The notes below the pieces were generated by a model, which made no database searches, was not told where the DNA came from, and saw only the letters and a program-made list of their open reading frames with translations. Position numbers and translations under genes: made by a program. A stretch of 64,000 nucleotides of DNA, taken from contig CAJKOW010000001.1 of the NCBI GenBank assembly GCA_905201685.1, forward strand, positions 20,292-84,291, given 5' to 3'. Origin of the DNA: an uncultured Bacteroides sp. (GTDB taxonomy: Bacteria; Bacteroidota; Bacteroidia; Bacteroidales; Bacteroidaceae). Shown one piece after another: positions 52,197 through 63,119 of the stretch (position 1 is its first letter; each line of letters begins with the position of its first letter).

Positions 52197-55100
52197 ATGA
52201 TTTCTTTCTACAGAACTCCTCAAAAAAGCGTAATTGCCGTAGAATGCGATCACGCCATTTCGCAAGCAGAAAGCGAAAAGCTCTGCTGGCTCTTTGGAGA
52301 AGCCACCCCCGAAAGTGAAGAAAACCTGAAAGGATATTTCGTTGGCCCCCGCCGCGAAATGATTACTCCCTGGAGTACAAATGCCGTAGAGATCACTCAG
52401 AACATGGGCCTCAGCGGCATTTCACGCATCGAAGAGTACTTCCCCGTAGCCGACGAAAACGCCGACCACGACCCGATGCTGCAACGCATGTACAAAGGAC
52501 TCGACCAGCAAGTATTCACCACCAACCGCAAGCCCGAACCCATCATCCACATCGAAGACCTCGAAGCCTACAACGAGCAGGAAGGTCTGGCCCTCTCGAA
52601 AGAAGAGATGGACTATCTGAAGAAAGTGGAGAAAGACCTCGGACGTCCGCTGACCGACTCCGAAGTATTCGGCTTCGCCCAAATCAACTCCGAACACTGC
52701 CGCCACAAAATCTTCGGCGGTACGTTCATCATCGACGGCGTAGAGCAGGAATCCTCGCTCTTCCAGATGATCAAGAAGACCACACAGGAGAATCCCAACA
52801 AAATCATATCGGCTTACAAGGACAACGTAGCCTTCGCCGAAGGTCCCGTCATCGAGCAGTTCGCACCCGCCGACCACTCCAAGCCCGACTACTTCCAGGT
52901 GAAGGACATCAAGAGCGTCATCTCGCTGAAAGCCGAAACACACAACTTCCCCACCACCGTAGAGCCCTTCAACGGCGCATCAACCGGTACGGGTGGTGAA
53001 ATCCGCGACCGTATGGGTGGCGGTAAAGGTTCCTGGCCCATCGCAGGTACTGCCGTTTACATGACCTCCTACCCCCGCACGGAAGAAGGACGCGAATGGG
53101 AGGAAATCCTGCCCGTACGCAAATGGTTGTATCAGACACCCGAGCAGATTCTGATCAAGGCATCCAACGGTGCCAGCGACTTCGGCAACAAGTTCGGCCA
53201 GCCGCTCATCTGCGGTTCGGTGCTGACCTTCGAACACCAGGAAACAAGTAAACAAGAAACAAGTGGACAAGGTGACAAGGCAGGCCTTGTTGACTCGTCA
53301 ACTGAAGCCTCTCCAACTGTTTACGGCTACGACAAAGTCATCATGCTGGCCGGCGGCGTAGGCTACGGCACCCAGCGCGACTGTCTGAAGGGCAAACCCG
53401 AAACCGGAAACAAGATTGTTGTAATAGGTGGTGACAACTACCGCATCGGTTTGGGTGGCGGATCCGTCTCATCCGTTGACACAGGACGCTATAGCAGCGG
53501 CATCGAACTGAACGCCGTACAGCGCGCCAACGCCGAAATGCAGAAACGTGCCTACAACGTAGTGCGCGCCCTCTGCGAAGAAGAGGTAAACCCCGTTGTC
53601 TCCATCCACGACCACGGCTCGGCCGGACACGTGAACTGCCTTTCCGAACTGGTAGAAGAGTGCGGCGGACACATCGACATGAGCAAACTGCCCATCGGCG
53701 ACAAGACCCTCTCGGCCAAAGAAATCATCGCCAACGAGAGCCAGGAACGCATGGGCTTGCTCATCAAGGAAGAAGCCATCGAACACGTTCACAAGATTGC
53801 CGAACGCGAACGCGCCCCGATGTACGTCGTAGGCGAAACGACCGGCGACCACCGCTTCTGCTTCGAGCAGGCCGATGGCGTACGCCCCTTCGACCTGGCC
53901 GTTGACCAGATGTTCGGCTCCTCACCCAAAACATACATGGTGGACAAAACCGTAGAACGACATTACGAAATGCCGACTTACGAACTGTCCAAACTGCATG
54001 AATACCTGGCCAACGTGCTCCAGCTGGAAGCCGTAGCCTGCAAGGACTGGTTGACCAACAAAGTGGACCGCTCCGTAACGGGTAAGATTGCCCGCCAGCA
54101 ATGCGTAGGCGAGCTTCAGTTGCCGCTGAGCGACTGCGGTGTGGTAGCCCTCGACTACCGCGGCAAAGCCGGTATCGCCACTTCGCTGGGTCATGCTCCG
54201 CAAGCCGCATTGGCCAACCCGGCCGCCGGCTCCGTACTCTCCGTCAGCGAAGCACTGACCAACCTCGTCTGGGCACCGCTGGCCGAAGGACTGGATAGCG
54301 TATCACTCTCCGCCAACTGGATGTGGCCTTGCCGCTCACAAGAAGGTGAAGACGCACGCCTCTACACGGCAGTCAAAGCATTGAGCGACTTCTGCTGTGC
54401 CCTGCAAATCAACGTACCTACCGGCAAGGACTCCTTGTCCATGACGCAGAAATACCCCGACGGAAGCAAAGTCATCGCTCCGGGTACGGTCATCGTATCG
54501 GCCGGCGGCGAGGTGAGCGACGTGAAGAATGTGGTTTCGCCCGTACTGGTGAACGACCATAAGACGACGCTCTACCACATCGACTTCAGCTTCGACAAGT
54601 TGCGCTTGGGCGGTTCGGCCTTCGCACAGTCATTAGGCAAGGTGGGCGACGACGTACCTACCGTACAGAATCCCGAATACTTCCGCGACGCCTTCCTGGC
54701 CGTTCAGGAATTGGTGAACAAGGGCCTCATCCTGGCCGGACACGACATTTCGGCCGGTGGTCTCATCACCACGCTGCTCGAAATGTGCTTCTCGAACATG
54801 GAAGGTGGTATGGAAATCAGCCTTGACAAGATTAAGGAAGACGACCTCATCAAGATATTGTTTGCCGAAAACCCGGGCATCGTCATCCAGGTGGCCGACA
54901 AGCACAAGGACGAAGTGAAGAAGATACTCGAAAACGCCGGTGTAGGCTTCGTGAAGATTGGCAAGCCGACCGATGAGCGTCACATCCTCGTCGAGAAAGA
55001 CGGTGCCACTTATCAGTTCGGCATCGACTACATGCGCGACGTGTGGTACTCCACTTCCTACCTGCTCGACCGCAAACAGTCGATGAACGGTTGCGCCAAG

Positions 55101-55967
55101 AAGCGCTTCGAAAACTACAAGATGCAACCCATGGACCTGGCCTTCATGCCTGGCTTCACAGGCAAGCTTGCCCAATACGGCATCAGCCCCGACCGCCGCA
55201 CACCGAGCGGCATCCGCGCCGCCATCATCCGCGAAAAGGGTACGAACGGCGAACGCGAAATGGCCTACTCGCTCTATCTGGCCGGCTTCGACGTGAAGGA
55301 CGTGACCATGACCGACCTCGTAAGCGGACGCGAAACGCTGGAAGACGTCAATATGATTGTCTTCTGCGGCGGATTCTCCAACTCCGACGTACTTGGTTCA
55401 GCCAAAGGTTGGGCAGGCGCCTTCCTCTTTAACCCCAAGGCCAAAGAGGCACTCGACAAGTTCTATGCCCGCGAAGACACCCTGTCGCTGGGTGTATGCA
55501 ACGGTTGCCAGCTGATGATGGAACTGAACCTCATCAACCCCACCGACGAGAAGCGCGGACGCATGCTCCACAACGACTCGCACAAGTTCGAAAGCCGCTT
55601 CCTGGGCGTCACGATCCCGACAAACCGCAGCGTAATGTTCGGTTCGCTGAGCGGTAGCAAGTTAGGCATCTGGGTAGCTCACGGCGAAGGCAAGTTCTCC
55701 CTGCCTTACGACGAGGACCACTACAACATCGTAGCCAAATACACCTACGACGAGTATCCCGGCAACCCCAACGGTTCCGACTACTCCGTAGCAGGTATCG
55801 CCAGCCCCGACGGCCGCCACTTGGCCATCATGCCCCACTTGGAGCGCGCCATCTTCCCGTGGCAGAACGCCTACTATCCCGCCGACCGCCTGCACCACGA
55901 CGAAGTAACGCCATGGATCGAAGCCTTCGTCAACGCACGCAAGTGGGTAGAGCAGAAAATGAAATAA
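52197..55967 (+). CDS. purL: Phosphoribosylformylglycinamidine synthase (large PurL)
   Basis: NSEHCRHK, KAETHNFP, GGFSNSD, GVCNGCQ, AHGEG, MPHLER. Confidence 0.98.
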   Translation: MISFYRTPQKSVIAVECDHAISQAESEKLCWLFGEATPESEENLKGYFVGPRREMITPWSTNAVEITQNMGLSGISRIEEYFPVADENADHDPMLQRMYKGLDQQVFTTNRKPEPIIHIEDLEAYNEQEGLALSKEEMDYLKKVEKDLGRPLTDSEVFGFAQINSEHCRHKIFGGTFIIDGVEQESSLFQMIKKTTQENPNKIISAYKDNVAFAEGPVIEQFAPADHSKPDYFQVKDIKSVISLKAETHNFPTTVEPFNGASTGTGGEIRDRMGGGKGSWPIAGTAVYMTSYPRTEEGREWEEILPVRKWLYQTPEQILIKASNGASDFGNKFGQPLICGSVLTFEHQETSKQETSGQGDKAGLVDSSTEASPTVYGYDKVIMLAGGVGYGTQRDCLKGKPETGNKIVVIGGDNYRIGLGGGSVSSVDTGRYSSGIELNAVQRANAEMQKRAYNVVRALCEEEVNPVVSIHDHGSAGHVNCLSELVEECGGHIDMSKLPIGDKTLSAKEIIANESQERMGLLIKEEAIEHVHKIAERERAPMYVVGETTGDHRFCFEQADGVRPFDLAVDQMFGSSPKTYMVDKTVERHYEMPTYELSKLHEYLANVLQLEAVACKDWLTNKVDRSVTGKIARQQCVGELQLPLSDCGVVALDYRGKAGIATSLGHAPQAALANPAAGSVLSVSEALTNLVWAPLAEGLDSVSLSANWMWPCRSQEGEDARLYTAVKALSDFCCALQINVPTGKDSLSMTQKYPDGSKVIAPGTVIVSAGGEVSDVKNVVSPVLVNDHKTTLYHIDFSFDKLRLGGSAFAQSLGKVGDDVPTVQNPEYFRDAFLAVQELVNKGLILAGHDISAGGLITTLLEMCFSNMEGGMEISLDKIKEDDLIKILFAENPGIVIQVADKHKDEVKKILENAGVGFVKIGKPTDERHILVEKDGATYQFGIDYMRDVWYSTSYLLDRKQSMNGCAKKRFENYKMQPMDLAFMPGFTGKLAQYGISPDRRTPSGIRAAIIREKGTNGEREMAYSLYLAGFDVKDVTMTDLVSGRETLEDVNMIVFCGGFSNSDVLGSAKGWAGAFLFNPKAKEALDKFYAREDTLSLGVCNGCQLMMELNLINPTDEKRGRMLHNDSHKFESRFLGVTIPTNRSVMFGSLSGSKLGIWVAHGEGKFSLPYDEDHYNIVAKYTYDEYPGNPNGSDYSVAGIASPDGRHLAIMPHLERAIFPWQNAYYPADRLHHDEVTPWIEAFVNARKWVEQKMK

Positions 55968-56021
55968 CAAGGGAGTACGGAAGGACGGCTGCAACCGTAA
56001 CTTCCTCCCACTACTAACAAC

Positions 56022-56092
56022 CATACGGATTGTACAAACGTCACGAAAACAGATCCCAATCTTTCAGTGACCCCATGTACAATCCGTATTTA
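56022..56092 (+). terminator. Inverted repeat after purL
   Basis: ATACGGATTGTACA ... TGTACAATCCGTAT followed by T-rich sequence. Confidence 0.55.
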
Positions 56093-56209
56093 TTTTATCT
56101 GCAACTTACTCAGCTTCCCTTTTGCTAATCTCAAATAAAAGTTCTACATTTGTAATCCAATTATAATAAGGTAAGCTACTCTGTTCGTTTCAAATAAAAA
56201 CCGACAATC

Positions 56210-59200
56210 ATGCTGAAAAAGATCCTTTCTGTCATATTCCTTCTCTGTCCTTTGCTCTGTCTGGCTCAGACCTATAAATACATCGGAGTAGAAAACGGAT
56301 TAAGCAACAGACAAGTATATGCCATTCAAAAGGACAAGAAAGGCTACATGTGGTTTCTGACTCACGACGGAATAGACCGTTTCAACGGAAAGGACTTCAA
56401 ATCGTACAAACTGATGGATGGAGAAGAGGAAATCAGTTCCATCCTCAACCTGAATTGGCTTTGCCTCGACCCCCAAGGGACAGTGTGGGTTATTGGCAGA
56501 CAGGGACGGGTGTTCCGCTACGATGCCGTACACGACACATTCCGATTAGTGTACAAACTACCTAAAAACACAGCCAACAAGGAACCTCACTCACCGGTCA
56601 GCTATGGTTTTGTTGATGACAACTGCATCGTGTGGCTCTGCACCACGGACATAATCTATCTGTACGATTCCACCCACAACAGAGTGACAAACATCCGGAA
56701 CGGAATAAGCGGAAACATCACCGATATCGAGCAAATAGACTCCACGCACTACTTCATAGGCACAGACATCGGCATCCACTACGCCGAACTGAAACAGAAC
56801 AAACTGACGCTGTCACCTTGCGAGCAGTTGGATTCACTTGCCCTGCAAATCAATGAATTATACTATCACAAGCCTTCACATAAGGTGTTCATCGGTACTT
56901 TCCAGCGCGGAGTATATGTTTACGAACTGGACAATCACCGCGTACGGCCCCTGCAAGCCGGACTGATGGACATCACCATCAACTGCATCCAGGCCCTGAA
57001 CGACGACGAAATACTGATAGCTACCGATGGGGCAGGAATTTATAAAAGCAATGTCCACACCTACGAATCGGAGCCTTATATCGTGGCCGACTACAACAGC
57101 AACAACGGGATGAACGGCAATAACATCAGCGACATCTATATAGACGACGAACAGCGCATCTGGATGGCCAACTACCCCATCGGCATCACAGTGCGCAACA
57201 ACCGCTACGCAGCCTACCAGTGGATCAAGCATTCCATCGGAAACCGCCAGTCGTTAGTCAACGACCAGGTGAACGCCATCATCGAAGACCACGAAGGCGA
57301 CCTGTGGTTTGCCACGAACAACGGCATCAGCCTCTATGAAGAAAAAAGCGGTAACTGGCGTTCCTTCCTCAGCATATTCGATCAGGAACTGCACAGCAAG
57401 AACCACGCCTTCCTCTCCTTGTGCGAGGTTGCTCCCGGCATCATCTGGGCAGGCGGATACAGTTCGGGCATCTACGAAATCAACAAACACCGAAACAGCG
57501 TGGACTTCTTCAACCCGTCGCTATTTGGCAACCTGAACATCCGACCGGACAAATACATCCGCTCCATTACCCTCGACTCTGAAGGCAAAGTATGGTCGGG
57601 AGGATATTACAACCTGAAAGAGATAGACTACAAGAAGAAAGAAATACGCAACTTCGACAACCTGACAGGGATTACCACCATCCTTGAAAAAGACAGCAGC
57701 CACATGTGGATAGGAACCACAAACGGGCTCAGTCTGCTCGACAAAAAGACGGGCGAACAACACCCTGTCCCACTGCCTATCGACTCTTACTACATCTATT
57801 CCTTATACCAGGCCGGAGACAGCCTGCTCTATATAGGAACAAACAACGCCGGGTTGCTGATCTACAACATTCGAACAGACAGCTTCGAACAGTTCTATAC
57901 GGATAACAGTGCTCTGATATCCAACAATATCTACGACATCTTGTCCGACGGGAAGCACAACATTTTTCTCAGTACAGAAAGCGGATTGACCAACTTCAAT
58001 ACCGTCAGCAAGACTTTCCGCAACTGGACAAAGGAACAAGGGCTGAGCTCAGACCATTTCAACGCTTCGTCAGGAACACTGCGCCGGAACGGCAACTTCA
58101 TCTTCGGAAGCACGGATGGAGCCATCGAGTTCAGCAAAGACATTGAATTGCCCGATGATTACAAATTCAAAATGATACTCAGTGATCTGAAAGTACTCTA
58201 CCAAACCGTCTATCCCAACGACAAAAAATCACCGCTAAAGGCAGACATCAACGACACAAAGACGCTCCGGTTGAAGTACAATCAGAATACGTTCTCCATG
58301 CAGGTTTCGTCCATTAATTACGACTATCCTTCCCTCATCCTCTATTCCTGGAAATTAGAAGGATTCTACGATGCATGGAGCCGTCCCGGACGGGAAAATA
58401 CGATTCGTTTCACCAACCTGAACCCGGGTGAATACACCCTGCGCATCCGAGCCATCTCCAATGAAAACCGGAACATCATTCTGGAGGAACGCAGCATGCA
58501 AATCATCATCGAAAAACCGATATGGCTCAGCGGATGGGCCATCAGCCTCTATGTAATCGTACTGCTCAGTATTGTGTCTGTCGGCATCCGACTGCTGATG
58601 ATGAAGAAACAAAGAAAAGTATCTGACGAAAAAATCCGTTTTTTCATCAATACCGCACACGATATCCGTACCCCGTTGACCCTCATCAAAGCCCCCCTCG
58701 AGGAAGTGGAAGAGCGCGAACAACTGAGCGAAAAAGGGAAAAACAACCTGAACACAGCCTTACGGAACGTGAACGCCCTGCTGCGGCTGACCACCAACCT
58801 GCTCAACTTTGAAAGAGCAGATACTTACTCCAGCAACCTGCATGTCTCCGAATACGAACTGAATGCCTACATTGAAGAGACCATCCACGTGTTCAAGGCC
58901 TATGCCGACGTCAAACATGTCACATTAACCTATGAAAAGAACTTCCAGTATCTCAATGTCTGGTTAGATAAGGACAAAATGGATTCGATTCTGAAGAACA
59001 TTATTTCGAACGCCTTGAAATATACTCCCGAAGGCGGAAGCGTAGCAATCTGTGCGACAGACAACAACGACTCGTGGAGCATTGAAGTAAAGGACACAGG
59101 AATCGGCATTCCGGCCTCCGAACAGAAAAAACTGTTCAAAATGCACTTCCGCGGCAGCAACGCCATCAATTCGAAAATAACGGGAAGTGGCATCGGGCTT

Positions 59201-60259
59201 CTGTTGGTGTGGAAACTGGTCAACATACACAAGGGAAAACTCAGTTTCAACAGCATCGAAAACAAAGGCTCGTCCATTAAAGTCACCTTCCCGAAGGACA
59301 AACGGAAATACAGAAAGGCTCTTGCCAACGCGGTACAAACCGACGGGTCTGCCAATAACGCCACGACAGTGGCGACAACCGCCCGCCCTGCACCGGCCAG
59401 TCCTTCGGACGGAAAAGGTACAACAGATTCGGCTTCGCAGTCAGAAAACCTGCCGAAGGTACTGGTTGTGGAAGACAACGACGAACTGAGGAACTACTTG
59501 CAAAACAGTCTGCATGACGAATACCGGATCAGTGTCTGCAACAACGGGAAAGAAGCACTCGGCATTGTCAAGGAGATGATGCCCAATCTGATCATTTCGG
59601 ATATCATGATGCCCGAAATGCGCGGCGACGAACTGTGTCAGACTCTGAAAAAGGATATCGAAACATCTCACATCCCCATCATCCTGCTGACTGCCCTCAG
59701 TACAGACAAGAACATCATCGAAGGCCTGCAAAGCGGAGCAGACGAATACATTGTAAAGCCGTTTAACATCGGTATCCTGCGGGCTACCATTGCCAACCTG
59801 CTGGCCAACCGTGCCCTGCTTCGTCGCAAGTATGCCAATCTGGAGCTGAACGACAAAAACGAAGACATCCCCTGTGCCAACTGCAATAACGACCTTGACA
59901 GGGAGTTCATCGCCACCGTAAAGAAAATCGTGGACGACAACATGGATAATCCCGGCTTCAATGTAGATACCCTCTGCAGCCTGATGAACATGAGCCGTAC
60001 CAGCTTTTACAACAAGATAAAGGCCCTGACCGACCAGGCACCGGCCGACTATATCCGCCTGATCAAGCTGAAATATGCCGCCCAATTACTGGAAGAACAA
60101 AGATATACCATCACTGAAATAGCCGAAAGAACCGGCTTCAACGATGCCAAGTATTTCCGCGAAGTATTCAAAAAGCACTTCAACGTCAGTCCCAGCCAAT
60201 ATGCCAAGGACAAGATACAGGAGAAAGAAAAGCGGATGTCACCGGAAAAGCCCTCGTGA
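56210..60259 (+). CDS. Hybrid two-component system (no adjacent susCD)
   Basis: Propeller, Y_Y_Y, AHDIRTPL kinase, receiver, AraC HTH. Confidence 0.97.
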   Translation: MLKKILSVIFLLCPLLCLAQTYKYIGVENGLSNRQVYAIQKDKKGYMWFLTHDGIDRFNGKDFKSYKLMDGEEEISSILNLNWLCLDPQGTVWVIGRQGRVFRYDAVHDTFRLVYKLPKNTANKEPHSPVSYGFVDDNCIVWLCTTDIIYLYDSTHNRVTNIRNGISGNITDIEQIDSTHYFIGTDIGIHYAELKQNKLTLSPCEQLDSLALQINELYYHKPSHKVFIGTFQRGVYVYELDNHRVRPLQAGLMDITINCIQALNDDEILIATDGAGIYKSNVHTYESEPYIVADYNSNNGMNGNNISDIYIDDEQRIWMANYPIGITVRNNRYAAYQWIKHSIGNRQSLVNDQVNAIIEDHEGDLWFATNNGISLYEEKSGNWRSFLSIFDQELHSKNHAFLSLCEVAPGIIWAGGYSSGIYEINKHRNSVDFFNPSLFGNLNIRPDKYIRSITLDSEGKVWSGGYYNLKEIDYKKKEIRNFDNLTGITTILEKDSSHMWIGTTNGLSLLDKKTGEQHPVPLPIDSYYIYSLYQAGDSLLYIGTNNAGLLIYNIRTDSFEQFYTDNSALISNNIYDILSDGKHNIFLSTESGLTNFNTVSKTFRNWTKEQGLSSDHFNASSGTLRRNGNFIFGSTDGAIEFSKDIELPDDYKFKMILSDLKVLYQTVYPNDKKSPLKADINDTKTLRLKYNQNTFSMQVSSINYDYPSLILYSWKLEGFYDAWSRPGRENTIRFTNLNPGEYTLRIRAISNENRNIILEERSMQIIIEKPIWLSGWAISLYVIVLLSIVSVGIRLLMMKKQRKVSDEKIRFFINTAHDIRTPLTLIKAPLEEVEEREQLSEKGKNNLNTALRNVNALLRLTTNLLNFERADTYSSNLHVSEYELNAYIEETIHVFKAYADVKHVTLTYEKNFQYLNVWLDKDKMDSILKNIISNALKYTPEGGSVAICATDNNDSWSIEVKDTGIGIPASEQKKLFKMHFRGSNAINSKITGSGIGLLLVWKLVNIHKGKLSFNSIENKGSSIKVTFPKDKRKYRKALANAVQTDGSANNATTVATTARPAPASPSDGKGTTDSASQSENLPKVLVVEDNDELRNYLQNSLHDEYRISVCNNGKEALGIVKEMMPNLIISDIMMPEMRGDELCQTLKKDIETSHIPIILLTALSTDKNIIEGLQSGADEYIVKPFNIGILRATIANLLANRALLRRKYANLELNDKNEDIPCANCNNDLDREFIATVKKIVDDNMDNPGFNVDTLCSLMNMSRTSFYNKIKALTDQAPADYIRLIKLKYAAQLLEEQRYTITEIAERTGFNDAKYFREVFKKHFNVSPSQYAKDKIQEKEKRMSPEKPS

Positions 60260-60323
60260 AAGGATCAGCCAACAGCATTTTATCTTAAACATTAACCAAT
60301 AAATATTTACACTATCGGATTAT

Positions 60324-60878
60324 ATGAACATTTATCTCGAAGCCTTCTCCATCTTCTTTAAGATTGGTGCCTTCACCATCGGCGGTGGATATGCCATGGT
60401 ACCGCTGATAGAAGAGGAGATTGTAACGAAACGCAACTGGATAGCCAAAGAAAATTTTATAGACCTGCTTGCCATTGCACAGTCATCACCAGGAATCTTA
60501 GCCGTCAACATATCCATCTTTATCGGTTATCGCCTGCGAGGCATCCGCGGCAGTATCGTCACCGCATTGGGAACCATCCTGCCCTCTTTCCTTATTATAT
60601 TGGCTATCGCCCTGTTTTTCCATAACTTCAAGGAGAACACGGTTGTCGAACGCATCTTTAAAGGCATACGTCCGGCCGTTGTTGCACTGATTGCCGCACC
60701 GACCTTCAGCATGGCCAAATCGGCAAAAATAAACAAGTACAACATCTGGATTCCGGTTGTTTCTGCCCTGCTGATCTGGCTCCTCGGCTTTTCACCCATC
60801 TGGATTATCATTGCTGCAGGAGTCGGTGGATACGTATGGGGAAGATACAAAGCCAAATCGACACACAACAATCATTAA
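60324..60878 (+). CDS. Short-chain chromate transporter (CHR family), subunit 1
   Basis: FKIGAFTIGGGY, QSSPG, GIRPAVV. Confidence 0.9.
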   Translation: MNIYLEAFSIFFKIGAFTIGGGYAMVPLIEEEIVTKRNWIAKENFIDLLAIAQSSPGILAVNISIFIGYRLRGIRGSIVTALGTILPSFLIILAIALFFHNFKENTVVERIFKGIRPAVVALIAAPTFSMAKSAKINKYNIWIPVVSALLIWLLGFSPIWIIIAAGVGGYVWGRYKAKSTHNNH

Positions 60879-60899
60879 TCTGCTAAATACTTATTACCT

Positions 60900-61448
60900 A
60901 TGATTTACCTTCAATTGTTCTATACATTTTTCAAGATAGGCCTTTTCGGTTTTGGCGGAGGCTATGCCATGCTTTCAATGATACAGGGCGAAGTGGTCAC
61001 ACGCTACGAATGGCTCACTCCTCAGGAGTTTACCGACATTGTCGCCATCAGCCAGATGACTCCGGGTCCGATCGGCATCAATTCGGCTACCTATGTCGGC
61101 TTCACGGCGACGGGCAGCGTATGGGGTTCGGTGATTGCGACATTTGCCGTAGTGCTTCCATCCTTCATCCTGATGCTCACCATCAGCAAGTTCTTCCTGA
61201 AGTACCAGAAGCATCCGGCTGTAGAAGCCGTATTCAGCGGCTTACGGCCTGCCGTAGTCGGATTGCTCGCTTCAGCTGCACTGGTTCTGATGAACACCGA
61301 GAACTTCAGTTCGCCTACCGAAGATACCTACTCGTTCGTCATCAGCTGCATCATTTTCTTAGTGGCTTTTGTCGGAACAAAGAAGTATAAGCTGAATCCT
61401 ATCGGAATGATTATCGCCTGCGGTCTGGCTGGGCTACTGTTTTACTAA
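60900..61448 (+). CDS. Short-chain chromate transporter (CHR family), subunit 2
   Basis: FKIGLFGFGGGY, SQMTPGP, GLRPAVV. Confidence 0.9.
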   Translation: MIYLQLFYTFFKIGLFGFGGGYAMLSMIQGEVVTRYEWLTPQEFTDIVAISQMTPGPIGINSATYVGFTATGSVWGSVIATFAVVLPSFILMLTISKFFLKYQKHPAVEAVFSGLRPAVVGLLASAALVLMNTENFSSPTEDTYSFVISCIIFLVAFVGTKKYKLNPIGMIIACGLAGLLFY

Positions 61449-61471
61449 GCTATCTATACTTTCCGATATAA

Positions 61472-61545
61472 AAAGGCACGGATTTCACAGAGGCTACGGA
61501 TCAAAAAAACAAGTGATCCGTCGTGTCTGCGAAATCCGCGCCTTT
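61472..61545. terminator. Long REP-like hairpin between convergent genes
   Basis: AAAGGCACGGATTTCACAGA ... TCTGCGAAATCCGCGCCTTT. Confidence 0.65.
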
Positions 61546-61598
61546 ATTCTTTCCAAAGATACCGACGGGCAAGTCGGCTATCGGAACATTAGTTCCCG

Positions 61599-63119
61599 TT
61601 ACAGTTTTATTTTCTTCGAAACATGTTTAGACTCATTCTGCAAACGGTCGAGAGCAGTCACCACATACCGGTATTTCTTCTTCCCGTCCACGTATGGCAG
61701 CTTGTAGAAACAGTCGCGCGTAATGGCTACAATGTGTGAGGCATCGTCCAAATCAATTTCTTCCTTGGTGTCAAAACGATATACCACGTACTGCACGGCG
61801 CGGTCCATCTCGTCTTTATACTTAGGTGCCGTCCAGAAAAGGATATATCCGTCTTCTGTCCATACGGGCTTCAGCTTACGTACTTTATCGGGAGCCTGAT
61901 TGTCCATGAAGTCGAACACTGGAGGCAAAGCCGGATACTTGTGATATTCGGCAACCAGTGCGTCGCGATAACGTCCCTGGTTCTCGACTACGGCAGCTGC
62001 ATACCACTGACAACTTCCACCGATGGTCTGATAAGCACGTTGCAAAGCCATCTTACGCGGCAACTGGTTTATTCCCGGATCTTGCGGATCGGCATTCTGG
62101 ATGGTGTTCTGCACCGACTGTCCGATAAACAACGGACGGTTCTCAGTATGCTTGGCCCACCACCTTACCAACGTTTCGTAGTCGGCCGCCGGATGTCCGA
62201 TGTGCCAGTATATCTGCGGAATGTTATAGTCGATCCAACCCTCGCGTGCCCACAGCAGTACGTCGGCATACAGGTCATCATAGTTCTGCAATCCTTTCGT
62301 CTTGCTGCCCAGCGGGTCGCTGCTTTCGTTGCGATAGATGCCAAAAGGCGAAACGCCGAACTTCACCCAGGATTTCACCTCACGGATGGTCTCGTGCAGC
62401 TGCCTGATCAGCGTATTCACATTGCTGCGGCGCCAGTCGGCCTTATTGTCAAAGCCGCCTCCGTAGCGGGCAAAACTGGCATCGTCGGGAAAATCGACTC
62501 CCTTAATCGGATAAGGATAGAAATAATCGTCCATGTGAATGGCATCTACATCGTAGCGCGAAACAATGTCGCCCACTACCAGGCAGATGTGCCGGCGGCT
62601 TTCCGGCAAAGCCGGGTCGAAGTAAATCTGGTCGCCATAAGTCACAAACCACTCGGGATGCAGATTATAAACATGATTGGGCACAAGTTCGTTCTTCAAA
62701 GACGTCTTTACCCGATACGGATTGATCCACGCATGAAACTCCATGCCACGCTTGTGACACTCTTCAATCATGAACTGCATGGGGTCCCAGTACGGATCGG
62801 GTGCCTGTCCCTGTACGCCTGTCAGATAACGGCTCCAAGGTTCCAGACGTGAAGCATAAAGTGCATCGGCTTCGGGGCGCACCTGGAAGATGATTGCGTT
62901 AAAGCCTGCTCCCCGTAACGAATTCAGCTGCTCAATCAAAGTCTGTTTCATTTTCTCCGTCGGCATTCCTTTAAACTGTCCATTCACCACCTGAATCCAC
63001 GCACCGCGGAATTCACGTTTAGGATAACGTCCCGACGCTATATTCTGTGCCGAAACCGTCAGCAACGATACGCACAGCAACAAAGGCAATAGCCATATTC
63101 TAATCTTCATCATACCCAT
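61599..63119 (-). CDS. Glycosyl hydrolase-like 10 (GHL10, YddW/DigH-like) with C-terminal Fn3-like domain
   Basis: REFRGAWI, FQVRP..DALY.S, HAWINPYR, HMDDYFYPY, GVSPFG. Confidence 0.88.
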   Translation of the reverse strand: MGMMKIRIWLLPLLLCVSLLTVSAQNIASGRYPKREFRGAWIQVVNGQFKGMPTEKMKQTLIEQLNSLRGAGFNAIIFQVRPEADALYASRLEPWSRYLTGVQGQAPDPYWDPMQFMIEECHKRGMEFHAWINPYRVKTSLKNELVPNHVYNLHPEWFVTYGDQIYFDPALPESRRHICLVVGDIVSRYDVDAIHMDDYFYPYPIKGVDFPDDASFARYGGGFDNKADWRRSNVNTLIRQLHETIREVKSWVKFGVSPFGIYRNESSDPLGSKTKGLQNYDDLYADVLLWAREGWIDYNIPQIYWHIGHPAADYETLVRWWAKHTENRPLFIGQSVQNTIQNADPQDPGINQLPRKMALQRAYQTIGGSCQWYAAAVVENQGRYRDALVAEYHKYPALPPVFDFMDNQAPDKVRKLKPVWTEDGYILFWTAPKYKDEMDRAVQYVVYRFDTKEEIDLDDASHIVAITRDCFYKLPYVDGKKKYRYVVTALDRLQNESKHVSKKIKL

